Source: Rebecca billardiae RCC1528 | Taxonomy: Eukaryota > Protista > Haptophyta | Reading direction: 5' to 3' | DNA: 64,000 nucleotides | Assembly: GCA_965240325.2 (NCBI GenBank) | Contig: OZ251245.1 | Coordinates: 992,001 to 1,056,000 of the forward strand | Shown: one piece after another, positions 47,936 through 58,898 of the stretch | Numbering within the stretch: position 1 is the stretch's first letter | How the letters are laid out: the number at the start of each line of letters is the position of its first letter | Notes under the pieces: model-generated | What the model was told of the DNA's origin: nothing | Databases searched by the model: none | The model's input: the letters and a program-made list of their open reading frames with translations, nothing else | Program-made: the position numbers and the translations under genes

Positions 47936-49318
47936 GAGGCGGCGGCGGCGGCGGCAGCCCGGAAGAGCCGGCTCGCGAGCGGCTGCTGCGCATGGCGAGC
48001 CGGCCGTCCAACTTGCAGCCGTCGCCCGTCGTGGGCGGCGGCAGCAGCGGCGCGATCGCGCGCGCCGGGCCCACGCCGACCGACGTTGTGCGCGCCATCG
48101 AATCGCTCGGGCCCGAGCTCACCAACCTGCTGGCGGCACGCTTCAGCGCGCTGGATGCGGACGGCTCGGGCGCGATCGAGCTCGCCGAGCTCGGCACGCT
48201 CAGCGAGCAGCTCGGCCTCTCACTCACCGCGCGCCGTCTGGGACAGCTGATCTCGCTCCTCGACGCTAACCACTCGGGCCGCGTCTCCTTCGCCGAGCTG
48301 CTGCTGTGGTACGAACACATGCTGCAGGTGCGCGGCGTGCGCGCGCGCGGGCGCGGCGGTTGTTCTCGCGCGCGCTCGCGCGCGCGTGCCGCGCGGGCGC
48401 GCGGCTGCGCGCGCGCGGCGGGGCGCGCTCGCGTGCGCGCGTGCCCGTGCGCGCGATGCAGCGGCGGCGGTGTCGTGGGGCGCGCGGCAAGCAACAAGCC
48501 CCGCGCGCGGACAGGCCTGGCCGAGCGCGCGCGCCGCGCCGAGCGTGCCGCGCCCGCGCGTGCCAGCGACTGAGCGCGCGCGCCTGCGGCCCTCCACGCC
48601 ACCCTTGCGTGCGCGCGCGCACGCGCCGTGCCGCGCAGGAGGCGGCGCGGCGCGAGCGCATGCGCTCGACCGGCGTGCGCGGCCGGATGCGCGCGTGCGC
48701 GCGCGCGCTCACGCCGCCCAGGCCGGTGCGCTTCGCGCTGGCGTGGGCGCTGGCGGCCGTGACCACCGCGCTCTTCCTCTGGCTCAGCGTCTCCTTCGCG
48801 GTGGCGTTCGGCCCGGCGATGACGCGCCGGCTGCTGCAGAGCTGGGGCGTGGCGGAGAGCATCACACTCACACTCGAGGTGCGCGCCATCGCACCGGCCA
48901 GCAAATACCCACGTGGGTACTCGGCACCCGGTCGTCACTCCCCGAGTACGGGGATGACGCCGCGTGCGATGTGCACGCACGGGCCGCGCGGGGGGAGCGC
49001 GCTAGGGGCGCACAGACTGTGGCCATCGCTCAATGGCGCGCAGGCAGGGCTGGGGCACCCGCGAGCGCTGTGCATGATGCGGACTGATGCACGCCCCGCG
49101 CCGTCCGGCCCGCCGCGCGGGCGCCGCCCCTGTTCACATCCCGCGCGCCCGCACCTCCTCGTGGCGGTGCGCAGGAGCCTGCCCTCATAGCGGTTGGCGT
49201 GGCGGTCGCGTATCTGATCGACCGGCTCACCTCGAACGAGAGCGCGGCGGGCGCGCTGGGCCAGACAGTCGCCGTTGGGCTTGGCGTCGCCTCCGCAACC
49301 TTCATGCCGGCGCCATGA
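34396..49318 (+). CDS. Giant (~4600 aa) polycystin-1-like surface protein: signal peptide, five RCC1-repeat blocks, Pro-rich stalk, IPT/TIG, REJ-like, EGF, GAIN/GPS, about 5-6 TM and an EF-hand pair
   Basis: ATG at 34396 with a signal peptide; many HTC..KCWG.N..GQLG repeats; LDGRASYDPN and LSYAWS (REJ-like); GPS CQFWD..WSARGC..CACDHLTSF; EF-hands DADGSGAIELAEL and DANHSGRVSFAEL. Introns 37047-37189, 38222-38405, 39966-40070, 48328-48638 and 48879-49174 join the track ORFs in frame. TGA at 49316-49318. Confidence 0.82.
41696..42417 (+). repeat. Extensin-like (S/A)PPP and SAPP coding repeats (stalk)
   Basis: About 240 aa of PPS/SAPP/PPPA repeats. Confidence 0.85.
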
Positions 49319-49911
49319 TGCGACGACGCGCGACGACGACTGATGGCGATGACACTATATGACTATGATGACTACGCGACGCGAGTGCATGCGCTGCTGA
49401 CGATGATATATGAGCAGTCGTCGCGTGCTGGCGACATCAGTAGCATCACCAATATGCTGCTGCTGATCGATATGATGATGATGCTGATGCTGATACGATG
49501 ACATCACGCGATGCGATCGTCATCGATGATGATACATTATTGACGACGTACGACGACGATGCGCTAGTAGCGCAGCGCGCGCTAGAGAGAGAGAGAGAGA
49601 GCAGAGAGAGCGCGCGCGCGCGCGCGCGCGCAGATCGACCCCCGCCGGCATTCGTCGTCATATCTCGGATTTCGGTTATTGCATGTGACGACGCGACATG
49701 ACACGTACGCGCGCGCCGATCGGCGGATGCCGTGATCTCGAAGTGCCGCTCGCCCCGAGCGGGACCGCGCCGCGGCGGATGCCCGAGCGCCGATGAGAGA
49801 CGCGATGATGATGGTATATCGATCGAGTCGTGAGTATAGATCAGCAGTGCATATGGGCTGACTGCCGTACTGCTGGCCCCAGTTACCCCGCCGCCGCTTA
49901 TACCCACCCCG

Positions 49912-51048
49912 TCACGGAGCAGTCGGCGGAGTGGCCGCGTCATCATCAGCGTGCAGCGGGTCGTGCGTGCATGCTCCATAGATGAACCCATCGCCCAGCA
50001 TGGCCACGCGCAACTCATCGGCATCGGCGCCTCGACCTTGGACGAGGAGACCACGGTCTCGCGCGCGAGCCAAGCGCACGGCGACACCGATTGCACCCAC
50101 GAGCGCAGCCGCCGCAGCCGACATCACCGTGGCGACCACGATGGCGGAGCGCGCGACCGTGGGCGGTGAGCGCCATTTATCCGCGTCCGCCTGGGTGGCC
50201 TGCAGCCGCGAAAGCTCAGCGCGCAGGTCCGGCGCCAGCGTACTGCTCGCGGGCGGCGGCGCCACTGGCGCGAGGGTGGAAGCCCAGGTGAAGGTGGGAG
50301 CAGCCGTCGGCGGCGGAGGGGTGGTCGGCATGGATGGTGGCGGCGGCACGCCCGGCGGAGCGATGCCGGTGGCTGGGGGTGCGCCTGGCGGTGGCCCGGC
50401 GAGGGGCGGCGGCAGAGGCACGTCCGTGGCTCGAGGGCTCGGAGGCGGCAGGGCGTCGGGGTCCGTCCACCACAGCGGCGCGGGCTTGCCGCCCGAGCCC
50501 GTCTGAGGGCGAGCGGTGGGCGTGCTCTGAGGATGGGCGCCACCGCTGCCCGCGGTCGCGCGCGCGGGTTGCCACCACGGGTTGGACCACGCCGGCTGGA
50601 CGGCGGCGTGGACGGCTGGGCTGAACGGCGCGCGCGCCTCGGCCGAGCTCGTGCCCTTGACCTGGGTGGACTGCGCGCGCTCGTCGCCGCCGCCTCCTGT
50701 GGCGATGCGCTCCGGAGCAGCGGAAGCTGTCGCCGCGCGTGCGGTCTGGGGCGTGGCGCCGGGCGTGGACCACCACGGACGCGCCGGCTGGCGGGGCGGC
50801 TCAGTCGCGCGCGGGGCCGTGGGGGGCGCCGCGGCGGGCTGCGCCGCGGCCGCAGGAGCATCAGCAGAGGAGCCGCCTGCTGCCCACCGCGTCGGTCCGG
50901 CACCCGCCGCGCTTGGGCTCCCGCTGGCGGCGGCATCGGCGGCCGGCCACCACGGGTTGGTGAACGAGCTGGTCGTTGGGCTGGCAGCGACCGCTAAAGC
51001 CGCTGGCGTCGAGACGAAGAGGGCGGCTACGGCTAGGACCAGCGCCAT
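49912..51048 (-). CDS. Pro/Ala-rich type I membrane protein of unknown function
   Basis: Signal-like MALVLAVAALFVSTPAALA at ATG 51048; TM segment IVVATVMSAAAAALVGAIGVAVRLA; short tail. Confidence 0.6.
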   Translation of the reverse strand: MALVLAVAALFVSTPAALAVAASPTTSSFTNPWWPAADAAASGSPSAAGAGPTRWAAGGSSADAPAAAAQPAAAPPTAPRATEPPRQPARPWWSTPGATPQTARAATASAAPERIATGGGGDERAQSTQVKGTSSAEARAPFSPAVHAAVQPAWSNPWWQPARATAGSGGAHPQSTPTARPQTGSGGKPAPLWWTDPDALPPPSPRATDVPLPPPLAGPPPGAPPATGIAPPGVPPPPSMPTTPPPPTAAPTFTWASTLAPVAPPPASSTLAPDLRAELSRLQATQADADKWRSPPTVARSAIVVATVMSAAAAALVGAIGVAVRLARARDRGLLVQGRGADADELRVAMLGDGFIYGACTHDPLHADDDAATPPTAP

Positions 51049-51564
51049 GTGCGCGCGTGCGTAGTGGAGTGGCACCGGCTGCTCGTTTGTCGGCAGCGAA
51101 GACCGTTGGTCGCTCATTGAATTCCTTTGGTCCGCTCGCCAATATTACTGTACTGGCCAGCAGCAGATTGCCAACTCGTCTGCCGACGAGTCGACGACGC
51201 GCTTTACCCACGGCGTCCACTACTGGTACGTACCAGCAATTAATATCGGAGATTAGTCCGTTTCAAATGTTCCGGCCGTCATTGACGAGATGCAGTTGCA
51301 CTGATGTCCAGATGTAATCTTCTGCAGCCGATCTGGGCGTTCGTCCGCGACGAGTCTGATGTATTGTGCTCGACGACTGCGAGCGAGTCCGAGTCATCAG
51401 CCTTTGTCGTGGCACTCGTAAGTCGAAAAGTATACGCCATTGTGATTATAAGTAGTCTTACACAGACGCCGCGCAGCCGCCCCTGACTGCGCGGCCCCGC
51501 GCGGCCAGGACCGGACACCGACGGTACCACACCGCACTCAGCCGCGCAGCACGCCGTGTCGCCG

Positions 51565-54229
51565 TCAGACCCAAAGCTTGCTCCCCTTGAACTTGCGCCG
51601 CACCTTGAGCCGGGTCGACTTGGTGCACGGCTCGCGCCCGGCCGACGGCCGCTGCTCGTCGAGTGCCAGCGTGTACAGACTGTCCAGCTGCGGCAGCGCG
51701 TCCGCAATGGCCGCCACGCCGGCGTCGCCGATCCGGTTGCCGTGGAGCCACAGCGTGCGCAACGACGGCATCGCGGGCACCTTGAGCACGCGCGCGAGCG
51801 CGAGCGCGCCGCGGTCTCCGATCCGGTTGCCGCGCAGGTTGAGCACGGTCAGCTGCGCGCCGCTCGGCGCCGACAGGGCGTCGGCGAGCGCGATCGCGCC
51901 CGCGTCGCCGATGCCGTTGAGCTCGAGACTGAGCACGAGGAGCGCGGCCATCGGCTGGGCCTTGAGCGCGCCCGCGAGCGCGATCGCGCCGTCGTCGCCG
52001 ACGCCGTTCTCCCGGAGCGTCAGGAAGTTCACGCCGGCCATCGCCTCCGAGCTGAGCGCGCCGGCGAGCGCGGCCGCGCCGCGCGCGCCCAGCCGGTTCT
52101 CCCCGAGGATGAGACGCTCGATGGAGGGCGTGGTCCGGAGCTGCTCGGCGAGCGCCTCCGCGCCGTGTACGCCGAGCGCGCAGCTCGAGAGCTCGAGCTG
52201 CTGCACGCGCCGCGCGCCCGCCGCGCCGAGCAGCGCGCGCACCGCCTGCGCGGACAGCTCGCACCGGCTGAGCACGAGCAGCTGCAGCTGCGTGCGCTCC
52301 AGTCTGAGATACGCCGAGATTGCATACGCCTCCTCGTCGCCGCCGCCCACGTCGCTGTGGTGGGCGGGGGCGGCGCGGGGGCGGCGAGGCGTCAGCGCGC
52401 GTGTCACTCACCCTCGGCTGCCAGCGCGGCGCCGCTCGCCTCCGCGCACGCCGTCGCGCGGACGCCCAGCGCACGGCAGCGGCGCGCGCCGCGTGCGCAG
52501 CGCACCGCAGATAGACCACATCAGTGCCCAGCACGTCCTGCAGCCGGATGCGGGCGCTGGCCTCCGCGCTGCGCGTGAGCTCGGAGAGCGGCCTCTCGGC
52601 GTACGCGCCGCCCAGCGCGCCGCCGAGCAGCGCCACGGCCCGCACCAGCCCGAGCTTGAGAGCCGCCAGCAGCAGCGCCAGGCTGAGCGACGCAGCGCGC
52701 GCCTCGAGCAGCGCGCGGATGGACTGCGCGGACGGCGGCGCGAGGAGGAGGGATGGCTGCTGCACGAGGCGCGCGAGCGCGCCGAAGCCCGGCTGCCACG
52801 GCGACGCGAGCTTGAGCAGCCGCAGGTCGTGCCAGACGAGGCGGTACTGCGCCACCACCTGCGCCAGCAGCGTGGGCAGGAAGTGCTGCGCGCTGCTGCC
52901 CTCCGCGCTGAGTGCCGCCCACGCGCCCAACACGCCAGCGGCCGCGATGCCCTGCAGCGCGAGCGAGGCGAAGAAGAAGACGGTGACGGCGTAGATGGGC
53001 TCGCGCCACTGCTCGAGCACGCGACGTCGCTCGGCCTGCACCTTCATCGGCTCGATCCAGCGGAGCGCGTCGCGCGCGGACGCGGCGACCGCCTGCGCGC
53101 TCGTGCGCGCGCCGCGCCGCGCGTGCGCCTTGCCGCCGTCTGCGTGCTGCGCCGGCGCATCGTCTCGGCCCGCGCGCGCCCCGGCGAGCGCGTGCAGCCG
53201 CTGCACGAGCGGCACGACGAGGTACCGCGCGAAGCCCAGGCTGAGCAGCGCGAGCGGCGCGAACGCGAGCAGCGCGACGAGCGCGCCGCCCGTCGGCACC
53301 GTCCACAGCAGCGCCAGAGCCACCGCCAGCGCCGACAGCCAGGCCTGCACGGCGGCCACGCCGCCAATCAGCGCGCGCTCGGCGAAGCGGAGGGCGCGCT
53401 GGGCGAGCGGCGGCAGGGAGGCGTGCCGGTACGCGCGCAGGCCCCCGCGCAGCGCGAGCGGGTGCATCAGCGCCACGGCGAGCGCGGCGAGCACCGCCGG
53501 CTGCAGCCCAACGGTCGTGAGCGTCACAACATCCAGCAGCCTCGGCCCGGCCGGCCGCGCGGCGAGCCAGGGCGTCGCGCAGCAGAGGTAGTGCTGGTGC
53601 GGGGCCAGCAGCGCGCGCAAGGTGGTCGCGAGCGTGCCGAGCGCCAGCACCCACTGCACGACCGTCAGCGAGACCCACGCCACGTACCCCGCCACGCCGA
53701 GCGCGCCGCTCGGCACTGGCACCGAGCCCCAGTGCGCGGCCACTAGGAAGAGCACCGTGGCGGGTGCGACCGTGAGCTGCGCGAGGGGCTGCGCCTGGTC
53801 GGCGACGAGCTCGAGGAAGGCGTTCGCCTCGTCGATCGCGCACGCTGCGCCGCCCACGGGCTCGATCGCGCGCATGCACTCCACGTCGAAGAAGGCGTGT
53901 GCGAGTGGATGCGGCTCGGCGCACGCGCGCGAATCGTCGGCACGCGGCGCGCACGCGGCCGGGCTGACGGCGCCGGCGTGCGACAGGGTGCGGGCGAGCG
54001 CGACCGCGGTGAGCACGAGCGCGACCACCAGCGCCACGAGCGCGGCCGGCGTGACGATCAGCCTGTACCACGGCCGGTCGCGCGCCGCGGCTGTGGACGG
54101 CTCCTCGCCTGGCTTGGCCACGTGCTCCCCATCCGCGTCGCTCGGCGGCGCGCCCTCCTCGAGGAGGACGCCGTCGTCAAGAACCACGTCCGCGTCACGC
54201 GGCGCCGAGCAGCTCGCGAGCGCGCCCAT
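51565..54229 (-). CDS. Multi-pass membrane protein with C-terminal RI-type leucine-rich repeats
   Basis: Several hydrophobic segments. Intron 52505-52355 joins them to LxLxxNxIGDxGAxALAxAL repeats. The N-terminus MGALASC is a possible acylation motif. Confidence 0.7.
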
Positions 54230-54473
54230 CGTCGTCTACCAACGCGCTGTGGATCGATCAGCGACAGCAGCGGCGCGACACAGGAGCCCCTCCCCGCTGA
54301 TGCCCATGTTTCGGGCGCCTGATTACGACGCGCCGGGCTGCAAAAAGTTGCAGCCCCTGCAGTGCAGTGCAAACTGTCTTGACCGCTCCGGGAGTTCGTC
54401 GCTCCACGGGAGTTCCGGACTTCTTGTTCAGCACGGCTCTGCAAGCCTGCGCGGTCCCGATTCGCGTGGAGCC

Positions 54474-55625
54474 ATGGCGGACCCCGAGGCCGCGCGTGAG
54501 CTCGTGCAGTACCTCTCCGTCGACAGTGACGCGCACGTGTGCCTCGCGCTCGAGCACGTGGCGGCGCTCACGGGCACGGATGAGGGCGCACAATGCCTCA
54601 TCGACACGGGCGCCATTCCGCGCGTGCGCGCGCTGTGCGTCGAGCACAGCAGCGCCGAGGCGCGCGGGCACGCGGCCGCTGCGCTCGCCAACGTGTGCGC
54701 GGCCAGCGCCGAGACGTGCGAGGAGCTGGCGGGCGCGAACGAGCTGATCGCCGCGTTGTGCACCCAGCTCGTACGCGCCAAGGATCTCGCCGAGCGCGTC
54801 GCCACCTCCGCCCTGCTCGCCAACCTCACCACACGAGACGCGGCCGCGAGCACGGCTGCCGAGCATGCAGACGCTCTCGTCGATGCGCTGCTCGGCGGCG
54901 CGGAGGACGAGTCGAGCGCGCACGTCGCGCTGGTCCTCGTGAACGTGTCGCAGCTCGCCCACTTCGCCACCTTCGTCCTGCGCGACGACGCGCACCGCCT
55001 CGTGCGCCTGCTCGACGCGGAGCTCGCGCACGCGCGCGACGCGCGGCGCGAGGGCGTGGCGGGCGTGGTCAAGAATCTGTGCATCAACAAGTACAACCAC
55101 GCCGTGCTCCTGCGCGCAGAGGCGGTGCTCCCGCGGCTGGCCGCGCGGCTGCTCCCGCCAGGCGCCGCGGTGGACGCCGAGGACCTCGCGCGCATGTCGC
55201 CCGCCACGCGCGCCGCGCTCGAGGCCGCGCTGGCCGCGGGCAGCGGCGGAAGCGAGGGCGGCCGAGGCGGCACCTGTGCTGCCGCGTACGAGCCGGTGGC
55301 AGGCGTCCGGCTGGCGCTCACCGAGGCGCTGCTCGCGCTCACCGTCACGCGCGCGGGGCGCGAGGCGCTGCGCGCGGCGCACGTATACCCCGCGCTGCGC
55401 GAGAGCCACAAGGCCGAGCCGGACGAGGCGGTGCAGGCGGCCAACGAGGAGCTGGTCTCAATGATCATGGCAGACGAGGCACCGCCAGCGCGCGCCGCCG
55501 GGGCGGACGCGCTGCCTGAGCCGAGCCCAGCGGCGGATGCGGACGCGGGAGAGACGGGCGCGGCGGCGGGCGGCGGCGCGCTCGCAACGCACGCCGAGCA
55601 CGCCGCAGAGGAGGAGGTGGACTGA
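54474..55625 (+). CDS. HGH1: HGH1/FAM203 homolog (ARM-repeat eEF2 chaperone)
   Basis: ATG at 54474; RREGVAGVVKN and EP..VRLALTEALLALTVTRAGREALRAAHVYPALRESHKAEPDEAV are characteristic of the family. Confidence 0.85.
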   Translation: MADPEAARELVQYLSVDSDAHVCLALEHVAALTGTDEGAQCLIDTGAIPRVRALCVEHSSAEARGHAAAALANVCAASAETCEELAGANELIAALCTQLVRAKDLAERVATSALLANLTTRDAAASTAAEHADALVDALLGGAEDESSAHVALVLVNVSQLAHFATFVLRDDAHRLVRLLDAELAHARDARREGVAGVVKNLCINKYNHAVLLRAEAVLPRLAARLLPPGAAVDAEDLARMSPATRAALEAALAAGSGGSEGGRGGTCAAAYEPVAGVRLALTEALLALTVTRAGREALRAAHVYPALRESHKAEPDEAVQAANEELVSMIMADEAPPARAAGADALPEPSPAADADAGETGAAAGGGALATHAEHAAEEEVD

Positions 55626-56156
55626 GCGCAATGCTCCGCCCGCGCAGTCGCCGTCGGCGGGCGCGCAGCGCGCAGCTCTGAGCTCAACGTCAGCGCGACA
55701 CTCTGAGACGAACAGCAGCAGTGTCATGACGAGGCTGCTGATGTCGCGTCGTCACATGTGCTGACGATATGGCGGTCGTCATCATTGCATGCGCGTCGTC
55801 ATCATATGGCGGGCAGATGTAGTTGTCATCTGCTGTTGATAATAATATATATAATAAATAATTTAATAAATAAAAGCGTCGTCCCGCATCATTGTCGTCG
55901 TCGCATCAGCAGTCGTGGACCCGGTCTGATGATGATGCGCGCTATACAATCATCATCATCAGCATTGTGTCTCATACATCATCGCGATCGGCGGATTATT
56001 CGGCGGGCGCATATCATGCGGCATGGCAGCCGCGCGCGGCCGCCGGGTGCAAGCCGTGCAGTTTCGCGTCAAGGCTGCCGCTGGGCTTGGCGCTTGCCCC
56101 ACTCAGCAGACTGCGGAGAGTAGGGGGCCTGATGAATGCTGCAGACGACGGTGAGA

Positions 56157-58898
56157 TCACACGGCAGCGGACCACGAGAAGCCGGCCAGCGCCTGGCGCA
56201 ACGCGGCGTGCGTCGCCCGGTTGAACTCGTCGGCGCCCGCCTCCGCATCGCCGAAGAGGTCCTCGAGCATCTCAAAGATGATCCGCCTGTCCTCCTCCAC
56301 GGAGGACACGGAGGCGCGCACGTCGAACTTGGTGAGCGCAGAGTCGAAGCTGGAGCGGTCGTTCGCAAGCGCCGCCGCGACCGCGCGGAGCTCAGCCGTG
56401 GGCAGCGCAATGCCGATGGGCAGCTCCTCCAAGGCAGCCATGAGCACCTCGACTGCGGTGGCGGGCGGCAGGGGAGTGCGCGTGTGTCGCCGGACCGTCA
56501 GGGCGCGCACTCGCGTTCGCGTGTTCGCACCACGCGCCTCGGTGGCCGCGCGCACGGGCGCGTGCGGCGTACAGAGACACCACGCGCGCGTGAGGCAGAC
56601 GGGCGCCGTCCACGGCTGCAGCACGAGCACCACTCGGCCGGTCGCGCGCACGATGTCGCCGATGTACCGGACCTCCTGACGGGACGTGCCTTGCCGCATG
56701 CACAGCACATCGATCCCTGCGCCGTGAGCGCGCGGCGCGCGGCACACACGGGGCGCGCTGTCAGTGAGCAGTCTTGAGACCGGGGCAGGACGGACCCGCC
56801 ACGCAAGCCCGGTGCAAACGCCACGCAGGAGGAGCAGCAGGCCGGGTGGCGCGAGGCCGCTCAGCGCCACGCGCGAGCGGCACGGCGGTGCGCGAGATGC
56901 AATCTCGACCCCGCGCCGGCGCGCACAGAGGTAGGTGTCGGTGGGCTTCAGGTCGTGGATGCGTGCGTACAGCTCGACGGCGGAAAGCATCTGGTCGAAA
57001 TTGCAGGCCTGCGCGTGGCTGACGAACAGGTTGGCGCGCGCCACCACCGGGCAGCCGTCCGCCGTGTGCCGATCCCTCACCATCTCCGCCACTGAGCACG
57101 GGCCTGCCGGCCGGCTGAACCCGTGCATGCGCCGAGCGGCCGGCGACGCGCTGAGCCGCTTGGCAAGAAGCGCGACCTGGTAGGAGGCGAGGTGTGGCGA
57201 GACGTGGAGCCCGGCCTGCAGCTTGCGCAGGTAGCCCAGCTGCACGCCCAGGAGCAGGTGCGGCTGCTCTTCCTCAAGCTCGGGCGCCTCGGGCTGCTGG
57301 ACGGCCACGGCACCAGCGTTGCTCAACGCCGGCACAATCCTACGCGATCGAGTTGAGAAGAGCGAATGTTTCGGCGGCGTGCCCTGGGTCGAGGCCGAGA
57401 CCTCCGTGTGCTCGATGGAGGTCACGCTGTAGGCCGAGAGCCGAGCCTCACCCGCCTTGGTCGCGTTCGCGTCGCAGCGGCAAACCTGGCGCACCGCGCG
57501 CCATGCGAACGAGCACAGGCGAGCGGCGGCCGCGAGCAGAGCGCGCGCGCAGCGCTCGAGCGGCCCCGGGACCAGCTTCACGCCGAGGGGCGCAAACGTG
57601 GAGGCGTGCACGGCGGAGCTCACGTTGAGCGCGCTTACGAAGACGATACTCACGACGAGGAAGAACCATGGTCGCACCGACGCGGCGGGTGTGCACGCGC
57701 CCGCGAGCAGCGCGACCGCAGACGCTGCGTTGGCGCACGCCATCGAGCGCGTCAGGCTGCGCGCGACGCCAGGCGGCAGAGACGGCAGCACCGTGCGCGC
57801 GCGCCAGTGCGTGTGCAGCGAGAGCACGAGGACGAGGAGCGGCAGCAGCACAATGGCGGTGCAGACCTGCACGACCGCGAGACTATCCGGCGCTGGGAAG
57901 AAGACGACCGCGCCCAGGCCCATGTCGAGCACAGCGATAGCTGCGATGAACGCAAGCAGCCGGCGGCGTGCGCGCGGGCTGTGCGCGAGCGTGGGGGACG
58001 CGAACCGCACGCCGTCGACTTCGGCGGAGGGCCAGGCTGCCTGCGCCCAGTAGAGCAGGAAGAGCGTGGCCGCGACGACGCCGATCGAGATGTGCGCGAA
58101 GTTGACAAGCAGCCACACCGGGTACGGCAGCCTAGTCGGGTGCGCGAGCCGAATCACCAGCCGCACCAGCTGAGCGCACAGCTCGAGCAGCAGCACAGCC
58201 TGCGCGATGCCCGGCGACAGCCGTCCGTCCGCGCGCCAGAACGCGCGCAGCCGGTTGGCGATGAGCTCGATGAGCACGAGCGACTGCAAGACGAGCAGCA
58301 CCTCGCGCCCGACCCACGCGGGCGAGAGGTGCACCGTCGCCCACACCGTCTCCGAGCGCGTGAAGCGAGCGTGCACCTCCTGCCCGGCGAGGAGGGCGTC
58401 GACGAGCGGCCTCGCGTCGCGGTGCGTGACGTCGGCGGCGGGCGGGCGGGGCAGACTGCGCGAGTCGCCGGGCCAATAGTGGTGATACCGCCACCCCGGC
58501 AACGGCTCGAAGCGCATATCCGCCGCGACGCTGTAGATGAGCCAGCCGACCGCGCCCGCAGCGCCCGCGCCGCGCGCGTTCGACTCGTACGAGCAGTCGG
58601 AGTACGACGGTCTGTACCGCACGACGATAGCGCCGTCGAGCGACTGCGGGCCGACATACACGGGCGGGCACACCCCGTTGTTCCACTCGTCCGAGCGCGT
58701 GAGCACCACCCGCGCGCGCACGTCGAACGCGGCGGGCGTGAACGCGAACGGCGCGGCGAGCAGCTCGGCGCCGAGAAGGTGCGGCGGACCAGCCTCGATG
58801 ACGAGGCGAGCGCAGACGGGGCACACCACGAAGAGGAGCAGGAGGGTGGCGAAGCGGCCGGTGACGCCGCGCGGCGAGCAGCCGCGTCTTTGGCGCAT
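56157..58898 (-). CDS. Signal peptide + PA domain + 7TM + C-terminal HET/TIR-like domain
   Basis: ATG at 58898; PA-like LDGAIVV..CSYESNARGAGAAGAVGWLIY; seven hydrophobic helices. Removing introns 56926-56717 and 56572-56453 gives FVSHAQ..YLWIDVLCMRQ..VVLVLQPWTAPVCLTRAWCLFEV. Confidence 0.75.
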   Translation of the reverse strand: MRQRRGCSPRGVTGRFATLLLLFVVCPVCARLVIEAGPPHLLGAELLAAPFAFTPAAFDVRARVVLTRSDEWNNGVCPPVYVGPQSLDGAIVVRYRPSYSDCSYESNARGAGAAGAVGWLIYSVAADMRFEPLPGWRYHHYWPGDSRSLPRPPAADVTHRDARPLVDALLAGQEVHARFTRSETVWATVHLSPAWVGREVLLVLQSLVLIELIANRLRAFWRADGRLSPGIAQAVLLLELCAQLVRLVIRLAHPTRLPYPVWLLVNFAHISIGVVAATLFLLYWAQAAWPSAEVDGVRFASPTLAHSPRARRRLLAFIAAIAVLDMGLGAVVFFPAPDSLAVVQVCTAIVLLPLLVLVLSLHTHWRARTVLPSLPPGVARSLTRSMACANAASAVALLAGACTPAASVRPWFFLVVSIVFVSALNVSSAVHASTFAPLGVKLVPGPLERCARALLAAAARLCSFAWRAVRQVCRCDANATKAGEARLSAYSVTSIEHTEVSASTQGTPPKHSLFSTRSRRIVPALSNAGAVAVQQPEAPELEEEQPHLLLGVQLGYLRKLQAGLHVSPHLASYQVALLAKRLSASPAARRMHGFSRPAGPCSVAEMVRDRHTADGCPVVARANLFVSHAQACNFDQMLSAVELYARIHDLKPTDTYLCARRRGVEIASRAPPCRSRVALSGLAPPGLLLLLRGVCTGLAWRVRPAPVSRLLTDSAPRVCRAPRAHGAGIDVLCMRQGTSRQEVRYIGDIVRATGRVVLVLQPWTAPVCLTRAWCLCTPHAPVRAATEARGANTRTRVRALTVRRHTRTPLPPATAVEVLMAALEELPIGIALPTAELRAVAAALANDRSSFDSALTKFDVRASVSSVEEDRRIIFEMLEDLFGDAEAGADEFNRATHAALRQALAGFSWSAAV

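Noticed and set aside
53622-54473. N-terminal extension of the HGH1 ORF
   Set aside because: It starts at a non-ATG codon and overlaps the TM-LRR gene antisense; the HGH1 start fits ATG 54474.
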